64,000 nucleotides of DNA. Origin: an uncultured Bacteroidales bacterium. Its GTDB lineage: Bacteria > Bacteroidota > Bacteroidia > Bacteroidales > Muribaculaceae. The position numbers and the translations under genes were made by a program. The stretch spans positions 7,115-71,114 of the forward strand of contig CACWNQ010000019.1 of assembly GCA_902762385.1 (NCBI GenBank), written 5' to 3'. Positions 20,609 to 28,672 of this stretch are shown piece after piece; the stretch's first letter is position 1; every line of letters starts with the position of its first letter. The notes below the pieces were generated by a model. That model did no database searches. It worked only from the letters and a program-made list of their open reading frames with translations, and was not told the DNA's origin.

Positions 20609-21373
20609 ATGCTCAAGAAGAAACGACAGGCACAAATCCTAGAAGTGCTGATGAAGGAAGAAGCTATCACCGTGAGCGAACTGGCTAGCCTGCTCGACGT
20701 GTCGTCGGTGACCATAAGGAAAGACCTCTCTGAACTCGAACAAGCCAACCGACTATACCGCAGTCACGGCAAAGCTATTCTCATTAACCCTTTCACTTTC
20801 AATCGTTCCATCAGCGAGAAAGAGAAACTCTTCCCCGAGCAGAAAGACGCCATAGGCCGAGAGGCGGCACGACTAATAGATCGTGACGACAGCATCATCA
20901 TTGCATCGGGCACCACAGTCCATGCTCTGGCACGAAACATCAAACCCATTCATCGACTCACTGTGGTGAGCGCATCGCTGCCAGTGTGCGAGATTCTGTC
21001 ACTTGACGAGTGTAACGACATAATACAACTTGGCGGCATGCTGCGACACAGCAGCCTTTCGGTAGTGGGTCAGTACAGCAAGCAGATTCTCGAGAATTGC
21101 TCGTTCTCCAAACTTTACATGGGTGTCGACGGCATCGACTTCGACTATGGTTTCACGACCACCGACATGCGAGAAGCCGAACTTAACCAACAGATGATGA
21201 GAGCCGCCCAAAAAGTGATAGTCCTCGCCGACGCTAGCAAGTTCGGCAAGCGAGGCTTTGCCAAGATTGGTGATATCGAGGACATCGACCTAATCATCAC
21301 CGACTCGGGAGTAAATCCCTCGGTCGTGAACCAAATAAGAGAACACGGCATCGATGTGATAATTGCTGAGTAG
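20609..21373 (+). CDS. DeoR/GlpR family transcriptional regulator
   Basis: HTH VSSVTIRKDL..L, RSHG, ASGTT, GVDGID, KFGKR; divergent from glpA. Confidence 0.92.
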   Translation: MLKKKRQAQILEVLMKEEAITVSELASLLDVSSVTIRKDLSELEQANRLYRSHGKAILINPFTFNRSISEKEKLFPEQKDAIGREAARLIDRDDSIIIASGTTVHALARNIKPIHRLTVVSASLPVCEILSLDECNDIIQLGGMLRHSSLSVVGQYSKQILENCSFSKLYMGVDGIDFDYGFTTTDMREAELNQQMMRAAQKVIVLADASKFGKRGFAKIGDIEDIDLIITDSGVNPSVVNQIREHGIDVIIAE

Positions 21374-21506
21374 AATCTTCTCGCTCCTCAACAAATCATT
21401 CAAGAACATAAAAAACTTAAAAACGGGCATTATTATTTGCCCGTTTTGTGTATTTTATGTAATTTTGGATTTTTCAAATAAGATTGTTCTACTAAATTCA
21501 TTTTTT

Positions 21507-22691
21507 ATGGAAAACGAAAACATCATCATACCTAGTGAATTTGCCGACATCTGCCCTATTCAGGACAAAGACTTCCACAACGAAATGTCGATCCTTGTAA
21601 ACGAACCCATGTTCAAGCAGATAGCGCAAATCGTGATGCCACAATACAACTACACTCAGTTCAAGATGCTGCTGCTGAGTTTGAACTCGAAATATGACTT
21701 GCAGACCAAGGTCATGAAACCTTTTGTCGACGGCTTGCTCAAAAAGACATCAACTGGTCTCACTGCAAGTGGACTCGAGAACCTAGAGAAGGATGTGCCT
21801 AACACTTTCATTACCAACCACCGCGATATCGTTCTTGATTCGGCACTGCTTAGCTACCTCATGCTTGAGAACGACATGGACACATGCGAAATCGCAATAG
21901 GCAACAATCTTCTCATCTACAACTGGATAACCAAACTAGTGCGCCTAAACAAGTGCTTCATCGTGAAGCGCAACTTAGGTCGCCTGCAAACCATGGCCGC
22001 AGCATTGCAACTTTCGTCCTACATGCATTTTGTGCTTAAGGAGAAGAAAGGCTCAATCTGGATTGCACAACGCGAGGGACGATGCAAAGACAGCAACGAC
22101 CGCACCCAGGAGAGCCTCATCAAGATGCTCACCTACGGCAACCGTGAGGTGCCATTCATCGAGAGTCTTAAAGAGCTCAACATTGCCCCCATTGCACTAA
22201 GCTACGAGTACGACCCCAACGACTGTCTCAAAGCACGCGAATATTTGCTTAAGAGCAAGGATCCCAACTTCAAGAAGACTCAGGAAGATGACCTCATCAG
22301 CATGAAGACAGGCATTGCCGAGTTCAAGGGACAAATCCATTACTCGTTTGCTCCATGCATCAACGACAAGCTTGAGCGCATTCCGGCCGATCTCGACCGA
22401 CTGCTCACTGTGCAGCGCATTTGCTCTATCATTGACCATACCATTCACGCCAACTATAAAATCTTCAAGACTAATTACATGGCGCATGATATGCTCTTCG
22501 ACAACAAGGACTTTGCCGAGCACTACACTACCGAGGAGGCAAACATTTTCAACGACTACCTCAACTCTCAGCTCGACAAGATTACCGATATTCCTGTCAA
22601 CGCTAGCGACCGCAACTACATGTTCAAGTACATGCTACAGATGTATAGCAACCCGCTGACCAACCAAATTGAGGCGATAGGAAAAGCTTAA
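21507..22691 (+). CDS. Glycerophospholipid acyltransferase (PlsC/GPAT-like)
   Basis: NHRDIVLD (HX4D) and WIAQREGR motifs. Start moved to ATG 21507; promoter-like TTTG-20nt-TAATTTTG at 21436-21467. Confidence 0.82.
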   Translation: MENENIIIPSEFADICPIQDKDFHNEMSILVNEPMFKQIAQIVMPQYNYTQFKMLLLSLNSKYDLQTKVMKPFVDGLLKKTSTGLTASGLENLEKDVPNTFITNHRDIVLDSALLSYLMLENDMDTCEIAIGNNLLIYNWITKLVRLNKCFIVKRNLGRLQTMAAALQLSSYMHFVLKEKKGSIWIAQREGRCKDSNDRTQESLIKMLTYGNREVPFIESLKELNIAPIALSYEYDPNDCLKAREYLLKSKDPNFKKTQEDDLISMKTGIAEFKGQIHYSFAPCINDKLERIPADLDRLLTVQRICSIIDHTIHANYKIFKTNYMAHDMLFDNKDFAEHYTTEEANIFNDYLNSQLDKITDIPVNASDRNYMFKYMLQMYSNPLTNQIEAIGKA

Positions 22692-22711
22692 TCTACCTGA
22701 CACATATTATA

Positions 22712-24388
22712 ATGAAGTATTTATTGTTTTCGATTGCTGCGGTAGCACTGAGCATGCCGCACAGTGATGCATGCACGAGCATTCTCGTGGGCAAGAAGGC
22801 GAGTGTCGACGGCTCGGTTATGTGTACCTATAATATTGACGCTTGGGGTGCTATGCACAGGATGCCGCGCTTCGAAGCCGGCACTCACAGCCCTGGCACC
22901 ATGCGTGAAATTTATGACCGTGATACAAGGGTATATCATGGCAAAATCCCCGAAGCACCAGTCACCTATCTTGTGAATGGACACATCAACGAATGGCAAG
23001 TATCAATTGGAGAAAGCACATTTGATGGGCGTGAAGAACTGATCGACACCACCGGTATCATCGACTATGGGTCGCTGATGCTCATAGGGTTGCAACGTGC
23101 GCGCACTGCACGTGAGGCAATGACAGTAATGACAAGTCTTGTTGAGAAATATGGCTTTTGCAGCTCAGGAGAATCTTTCACCGTGTGCGACCCTAATGAA
23201 GCATGGGTTCTTGAGATGATTGGTTGTGGCCCAGGCAGCAAGAGTGTGGTTTGGATTGCAGTGCGAGTGCCCGATAATGCTGTGATGGCGCATGCTAACC
23301 AGAGCCGCATACGTTGTGTAGACCTTACCGATACTGCCAACGTGAAGATATCAAAGAATTGCATCTCTTTCGCTCGCAAGCGAGGATATTTCAAGGGGAA
23401 AGACAGCGAGTTCAGCTTCTGCGACGCCTATAATCCACCCACCTTCGGTGGCCGTCGCCTAGGCGACACTCGCGTGTGGTCAATCTACCGACGTTTGACC
23501 ACAGGAATGGACAAATATATTCCTTATGTTGAAGGCATAAAGCCCATGAGCGAGGTAGAGCCTCTGCCCATGTGGATAATTCCCGACAAGCCACTGAGCG
23601 TTAACACTGTCATAGAGTGCCTGCGCGACCATCTTGAAGGCACCCCGTTTACCTTCAACGACCCCGATGACCCGGGAGCAGGAATTTACGACACTCCGTT
23701 CCGTCCTCAGCCACTGCGATACGACGACGAGGGAACCACCATGTTCAACGAGCGAGCAGTGTCGACGGCACACACGGCATTCACCTTTGTGAGCCAACTG
23801 CGTAGCTTCATGCCACGCGAGGTGGGTGGCGTGATTTGGTGGGGTAGCGACGACAGCGGCATGGTGGCCTACACACCAGTGTACTGCTGCTCTAGCCAAG
23901 TGCCAACTTGCTACAACGTAGCCGACGCATTCCACTTCAACGACCAGAGTGCTTATTGGGTGTGCAACTGGGTAAGCAATATGGTATACCCTCGCTGGAG
24001 TCTGCTTTATCCCGAGCTTGAACAAGTGCGCGACTCGTTGCAGGCAAGCTACTTTGACCACCAACATGAAATCGAAACGCGCGCCCTCAATCTTTTGAAG
24101 ACCGACCGAGACAGCGCCATCAATCTCCTAACCGACTATGGTGACCAAGTGGGCAATAGCATGGTAACTCGATGGCGTGACATGGCCTATCACATGATAG
24201 TGAAATACAACGACGGTGTAGTTCGCGAGGAAGACGAAAATGGTAACTACAAGCGCAATTCCAGTGGATATCGCCCACGTCTTGCACGACCCGGCATGAG
24301 CCCTAAAGCACGCCACCAAATTCATAAGTCAACTGGCACACGCTACGAAGTGCCGCCCACCGACAACCTCGACACCTCCTATATGTAA
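22712..24388 (+). CDS. Peptidase family C69 dipeptidase (Ntn hydrolase)
   Basis: Signal peptide then CTSILVGKKAS.DGS, GESF, ARTAREA, HANQSRI. Confidence 0.88.
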   Translation: MKYLLFSIAAVALSMPHSDACTSILVGKKASVDGSVMCTYNIDAWGAMHRMPRFEAGTHSPGTMREIYDRDTRVYHGKIPEAPVTYLVNGHINEWQVSIGESTFDGREELIDTTGIIDYGSLMLIGLQRARTAREAMTVMTSLVEKYGFCSSGESFTVCDPNEAWVLEMIGCGPGSKSVVWIAVRVPDNAVMAHANQSRIRCVDLTDTANVKISKNCISFARKRGYFKGKDSEFSFCDAYNPPTFGGRRLGDTRVWSIYRRLTTGMDKYIPYVEGIKPMSEVEPLPMWIIPDKPLSVNTVIECLRDHLEGTPFTFNDPDDPGAGIYDTPFRPQPLRYDDEGTTMFNERAVSTAHTAFTFVSQLRSFMPREVGGVIWWGSDDSGMVAYTPVYCCSSQVPTCYNVADAFHFNDQSAYWVCNWVSNMVYPRWSLLYPELEQVRDSLQASYFDHQHEIETRALNLLKTDRDSAINLLTDYGDQVGNSMVTRWRDMAYHMIVKYNDGVVREEDENGNYKRNSSGYRPRLARPGMSPKARHQIHKSTGTRYEVPPTDNLDTSYM

Positions 24389-24417
24389 TTAAGTGATTCT
24401 CTCAATATAACCCTAAT

Positions 24418-24948
24418 ATGGCAAATCCTAAGACTAAACAAGAATTGCTGACCGCAATGGCCGACGGCTATGCAAAACTTAATGAACAAATAAGCAAGAT
24501 GACGGTCGTCGAACTCGAAACACCATTTCAGTTTGCAAGCGACCCGAAGAAATGTGGTGCACGATGGATTTATGACCAGTGTCCACGTGACCTTCTCATT
24601 CATCTATATGAATGGCAAGTGCTGATGCGCGATTTCGTCAACAACATTCGCAAGGGACAGCAACGTGACTACTTGCCCGACGAATACCGCAAGAACTACC
24701 ACGAGATGGATCGCATGCTGGTGGAAAAACATCAGCAGACTTCATTCAGCCAGGCGCAACAATTGCTGAGCCAAACTCACGAAGAAATGATTCAACTTGC
24801 CGACAGTTTCACCGAAGAAGAACTGTTCGGCAAAGGCTACTACCGCTGCACCTACACCACAACCATGGCAGCCTATTTTGCCAGCGTCACCATCAGCCCC
24901 TACGGCCAAGCAACAAAACTCCTGAAAACCCACATCAAGAGCCTATAG
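24418..24948 (+). CDS. ClbS/DfsB family (DUF1706) four-helix bundle protein
   Basis: P.TKQELL, DLLIHLYEW, FTEEELF..GYY..T.TT..YF.S.T.S.Y pattern typical of the family. Confidence 0.7.
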   Translation: MANPKTKQELLTAMADGYAKLNEQISKMTVVELETPFQFASDPKKCGARWIYDQCPRDLLIHLYEWQVLMRDFVNNIRKGQQRDYLPDEYRKNYHEMDRMLVEKHQQTSFSQAQQLLSQTHEEMIQLADSFTEEELFGKGYYRCTYTTTMAAYFASVTISPYGQATKLLKTHIKSL

Positions 24949-24974
24949 TATTCCACACAATTATCATCAATTAT

Positions 24975-25005
24975 TTTGTCATAACAAATAAAAAATATAA
25001 CTTTG
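24975..25005 (+). promoter_or_regulatory. Sigma-A promoter driving the RT leader and RT
   Basis: TTTG (24975-24978), 19 nt spacer, TAACTTTG (24998-25005); same geometry as the tRNA-Asp promoter in this window. Implies a TSS near 25010. Confidence 0.75.
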
Positions 25006-25009
25006 CACC

Positions 25010-25250
25010 CTATAATATCATTTATGTGTTGCACTAAATAAAAGCAGCCTGGATGCTTACTAATCGCGTTTTGTTATTTGTCTATAACTATGGGCAAAGA
25101 CTGAATTAATTAATATTATTAAAACAATAATTGATTCGTCCTTCGGGAGGTCAGGACCCAAAACTAAAAAAGTATCTCCCATTCCTCCCCCGCATCGCCG
25201 GGGATGCATGTTAAACATCATGTACGCTTTGGTCCAGGTTGCTTTTTTCC
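25010..25250 (+). ncRNA. Putative structured RT-associated ncRNA / leader
   Basis: All three + frames are interrupted by stops. Closing stem aaaagcagcctgga (25040-25053) / tccaggttgctttt (25233-25246); internal hairpins at 25077-25098, 25132-25153 (cUUCGg loop) and 25188-25203. Confidence 0.65.
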
Positions 25251-25264
25251 ATTAATAACTAGCT

Positions 25265-26926
25265 ATGGAATCACTATTTGAGTTCGCCACGCCCGAACGG
25301 TTGACAAAGTTGCTCATTAAAGAGCGTGCAAAATGCCGGCGACGCAACAGAGACGAAGACAGGAGTAAAAAAAAGAACAAAAAAAAGAGCAAAAAAAAGA
25401 ATCGAAGGCGACTTAACCGTGATTGCGACATCGACAGTTTGTCAACACGCAAAGTGCTGAGTCGCATCATGCCGCCGCGTTACACATGGGTAAGGCCTTC
25501 GAAGCGAATTTATCTGAAAAACGGTGCTATGGACACCAGCAAGAATGCCGAGAAGGCGTTATGGCTGACCATCAAGCGCGACCGAGACAAACAAGGCAAG
25601 AAAGCCTCCATCTATCTACAGGAACTGGACGCTTTTATCAGTCGAATCAGGCAACGACTGATGATGCCACAACTCACATTTGAGACGCCACAACTCATGC
25701 CCATATACAAGAGCCATAAGCAGCTTCAAGATGGCACACAGGTCGTTACCTGCAGACCACTATCGGTTTACACCCGACTCGAAGATAAAATCATCGTGGC
25801 AATAACAAGTCGATACCTCACACGCTTTCTCGACAAGCATCTGCATCAAAACATTTTGTCCTATCGTAACTCGCGCACATTCTATGGGGAGCAACACCAC
25901 ACTACCGACTTTAACGACGGCATCAAATTAATTGAGGCATTTCGCGCAAAACAAGGACAAAACAACATTTATGTAGCCGATTGCGACATCAAGAAGTTCT
26001 ACGACACGATTCCTCACCACGTTGTGATTGAGAGCTTCAAACGCATTCTCGACAAGACAAGACTGGATTACGAGGGCAAGGAGCAAGTGATGAGGGTAAT
26101 CAGGGCCTATCTCAACAGCTATAACTTCTACACCAACGCTTGGCTAGAGGCAGAGTCTAACCCTATTGTTTTCTTCAAAGTGCGACGACGTATGCACGAC
26201 ACCAACCATCGAAACACTTATCAACTAGGTTGGGTCGACGATATCATGGCTCTGCCTGAAGAAGAACGTCGGCACAGAGGCGTACCACAAGGTGGGGCCT
26301 TGTCGCTCGTGGTGGCCAATGTCGTGCTAAACGATGTAGACCAGGTAATTGTAAACAAAATTGATGAAAACTGCTTATTCATTCGTTACTGCGACGATAT
26401 GATTCTGATGCACACCCACCGTGACAAATGCACACAATTAATGAAGGCCTATACTCAATCTCTCACCGACCATGGCTTATATTACCACGATTTTGAGTCT
26501 GTGACCAACTCTAAAGACCCAGCCAATCCCGAAATTACAAACAGTCATTTTTGGGAAATCAAGTCACACGCCACATTCCTGTGGGGAGATGGCGAGGGCA
26601 ATAGCAACCGTTACATTGGATTCCTGGGGTATGAGATGCAACGCGATGGCCGAATGCGACTACGAAAGGACAACATTAAGCGATTCAAGGAAAAAACAAA
26701 CCGATTGTTCTATGCGTTACAACGTTATCAAAACGACGACAAAAAAACCGATGAAGAAAAAGCCGAGCACAAAAAGAAAACCCTCAAAAACCTAATGGAA
26801 GGATTATGCTTCTACACGGCTTTCGACCAAGAACGCTTCCAAAGAGGCAAACAGTTTAAACTCTTGAAGAAACTCAGAGACAAACTAGAAGCACGACTCG
26901 CAAAACAACAACAGCAAAACCAATAA
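25265..26926 (+). CDS. Stand-alone reverse transcriptase, unknown-group/DRT-like
   Basis: RT motifs CRPL..Y..LEDKII, DCDIKKFYDTIPH, GVPQGGALS..ANVVL, IRYCDDM, GFLGY. No HNH/maturase tail, no DGR-type GNxxSQ, no retron NAxxH/VTG. Confidence 0.93.
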   Translation: MESLFEFATPERLTKLLIKERAKCRRRNRDEDRSKKKNKKKSKKKNRRRLNRDCDIDSLSTRKVLSRIMPPRYTWVRPSKRIYLKNGAMDTSKNAEKALWLTIKRDRDKQGKKASIYLQELDAFISRIRQRLMMPQLTFETPQLMPIYKSHKQLQDGTQVVTCRPLSVYTRLEDKIIVAITSRYLTRFLDKHLHQNILSYRNSRTFYGEQHHTTDFNDGIKLIEAFRAKQGQNNIYVADCDIKKFYDTIPHHVVIESFKRILDKTRLDYEGKEQVMRVIRAYLNSYNFYTNAWLEAESNPIVFFKVRRRMHDTNHRNTYQLGWVDDIMALPEEERRHRGVPQGGALSLVVANVVLNDVDQVIVNKIDENCLFIRYCDDMILMHTHRDKCTQLMKAYTQSLTDHGLYYHDFESVTNSKDPANPEITNSHFWEIKSHATFLWGDGEGNSNRYIGFLGYEMQRDGRMRLRKDNIKRFKEKTNRLFYALQRYQNDDKKTDEEKAEHKKKTLKNLMEGLCFYTAFDQERFQRGKQFKLLKKLRDKLEARLAKQQQQNQ

Positions 26927-26945
26927 TCAAATTAAACTTAAAACA

Positions 26946-26980
26946 AAAGCGCCGCAAATATATAATTTGCAGCGCCTTTT
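26946..26980. terminator. Bidirectional terminator between RT and tRNA-Leu
   Basis: aaaagcgccgcaaat / atttgcagcgcctttt imperfect stem with A/T flanks. Confidence 0.7.
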
Positions 26981-26994
26981 TGCTTTTAAGCCAG

Positions 26995-27078
26995 TACCCA
27001 GAGCCGGGGTCGAACCGGCACGGGTGTTACCCCACTGGTGTTTGAGACCAGCGCGTCTACCGATTCCGCCATCTGGGC
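26995..27078 (-). tRNA. tRNA-Leu(CAA)
   Basis: Reverse complement gcccagatggcggaatcggtagacgcg-ctggt-ctCAAac-accag, long variable arm, ggttcgacccc, tctgggta; CCA not encoded. Confidence 0.95.
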
Positions 27079-27318
27079 TCGAAAAGCGGTTGCAAAGGTA
27101 GCAAATAATTGAGAACCGCGAGTCTAGAATTGTGAATTATTTTTGATTTTGGGCGTTTTTTGACATTTTTTTAGATTTTACGGTCATTTTGTTCTCCTTA
27201 TTCCTTGATTTAATTGCCGGCCGAAAAATCTTTTTTTTCGTTTTTTGAGGGAAAAAGATGTGCAATTAGGCGAAAAGTAGTACATTTGTAAACTAAACAA
27301 GACTAAAATTATTTTAAT

Positions 27319-28512
27319 ATGACCCATTACGATTTTGACACAGTTATTGATAGGCACAATACCCATTGTAAAAGAACCGACAATCTAGTTTCTGAGTTTG
27401 GCAGCAAAGACTTGTTGCCACTTTGGATTGCCGATATGGATTTTGCCGTTTGCTCCGAGATAAGCGAGGCTTTGGTGAATCGTTTCCAAGGACATCCCAT
27501 CTATGGCTACACCAATACCTATGACGAATATTGGCAATCAATCATCGACTGGCAACGTCGTCGCAACGGCTTCGAGATTAGCCGCGAGGAAATGACGTTC
27601 ATGCCCGGCGGAATGCCTGCTTTGGGAATGATTCTCAACTTCTTCACCAAACCTGGCGACCGCGTGGTGCTGCAAGAACCTGTTTACTACGACTTCAAGG
27701 ATGTGATTGAAGGCAATCACCGTCTGGCTGTGCGAAACAATCTGATTCCCACTGGTGACCATTTCTACAAAATGGATCTAGACGATCTCGAGCGCGTGTT
27801 CATCCAGCAGAATCCACGCCTCATGGTTGTGTGCAACCCACAGAACCCCATAGGTATCGTGTGGAAAAAAGAGGAGCTCCAACAGGTTGCTGCTCTTGCC
27901 CGTCGTTACAATGTGATTCTGTTCAGCGATGAGGTGTTTGGCGACATCACCTTGTTTGGGCACAAGCACACCCCACTGGCTACCGTTAGCGAGGACGCTG
28001 CCGCAGTCACCATCACTTGTGGCTCTCCTGGCAAAACTTTCAATATCCCAGGCCTGAAGAGCACATGGCTAGTAATAAAGAATCCTGAACTGCGTCGTGA
28101 GTTCTATCGCTGGGTGGAAGTGAATGAGCTGTGCAACGCTAACATTCCTGCATTGCTCGCCACCGAGGTTGGTTATCGCAAATGCGAGCCATGGCTTGAG
28201 GCCTGCAAGAAATACATTGAGCAGAATGTGCTTTATGTGGCCGATTACTGCAAGGAAAACATCCCAGGCATCTATGCCATTAAGCCTCAGGCCTCGTTCC
28301 TGATGTGGCTTGATTGCCGCCGACTGGGCCTTGACCATAATGAACTGGTTCGTTTCTTTGCCGAAGAGGCTCACTTGGCGCTCAACAATGGCGAGATTTA
28401 TGGTGTTCCAGGCTACTGCCACATGCGACTCAACGTGGGCACACCACGAGCACTACTCGAAAAGGCGATGGGACAGCTACGCGACGCTGTCGACAGGCTC
28501 AAGAATCGCTGA
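27319..28512 (+). CDS. MalY/PatB family PLP-dependent C-S lyase
   Basis: LPLWIADMDF, VCNPQNPIG, SDEVF.D, SPGKTFNIPG, MRLNVG. Confidence 0.9.
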   Translation: MTHYDFDTVIDRHNTHCKRTDNLVSEFGSKDLLPLWIADMDFAVCSEISEALVNRFQGHPIYGYTNTYDEYWQSIIDWQRRRNGFEISREEMTFMPGGMPALGMILNFFTKPGDRVVLQEPVYYDFKDVIEGNHRLAVRNNLIPTGDHFYKMDLDDLERVFIQQNPRLMVVCNPQNPIGIVWKKEELQQVAALARRYNVILFSDEVFGDITLFGHKHTPLATVSEDAAAVTITCGSPGKTFNIPGLKSTWLVIKNPELRREFYRWVEVNELCNANIPALLATEVGYRKCEPWLEACKKYIEQNVLYVADYCKENIPGIYAIKPQASFLMWLDCRRLGLDHNELVRFFAEEAHLALNNGEIYGVPGYCHMRLNVGTPRALLEKAMGQLRDAVDRLKNR

Positions 28513-28542
28513 TGATGCGAGTGTGCTTTTTGGGTAATTGAC

Positions 28543-28580
28543 AAACAATATAGGCTGAACACAGTCAGCCTATATTGTTT
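28543..28580. terminator. Terminator after the MalY/PatB gene
   Basis: Perfect 16-bp stem aaacaatataggctga / tcagcctatattgttt. Confidence 0.8.
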
Positions 28581-28672
28581 TATTATAACGTAGGTAAATT
28601 GACTCAAAATTTGCAAAGATTATTTTTTTTAGCGAGATTTGCACAATATTAATCTTTAACCAATAATCAGCA

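Noticed and set aside
25160-25170. RT leader as template for the genome's heptamer arrays (aaaactaaaaa resembles 33918-33930)
   Set aside because: Short AT-rich match expected by chance; the dominant actcaca/actcata and tctgatN units are not in the leader.
25075-25186. Split promoter rebuilt across a concatemer junction (TTTG at minus 25095-25098 joined to TAGTTTTG at 25159-25166, 90-93-nt unit)
   Set aside because: Spacing can be made to fit, but only 3-nt direct repeats support such junctions and the unit would drop the ATG. Too many free parameters without cDNA data.
25265-26926. RT as a group II intron, DGR or classic retron
   Set aside because: No intron RNA domains, no interrupted host gene and no HNH/maturase tail; PQGGALS instead of DGR GNxxSQ, and no avd/TR next to it; no retron NAxxH or VTG motif. 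The closing inverted repeat is a1/a2-like, so a divergent retron is not fully excluded.
24945-27002. att-bounded integrative element at tRNA-Leu
   Set aside because: No duplicate of the tRNA 3' end and no integrase in the window.
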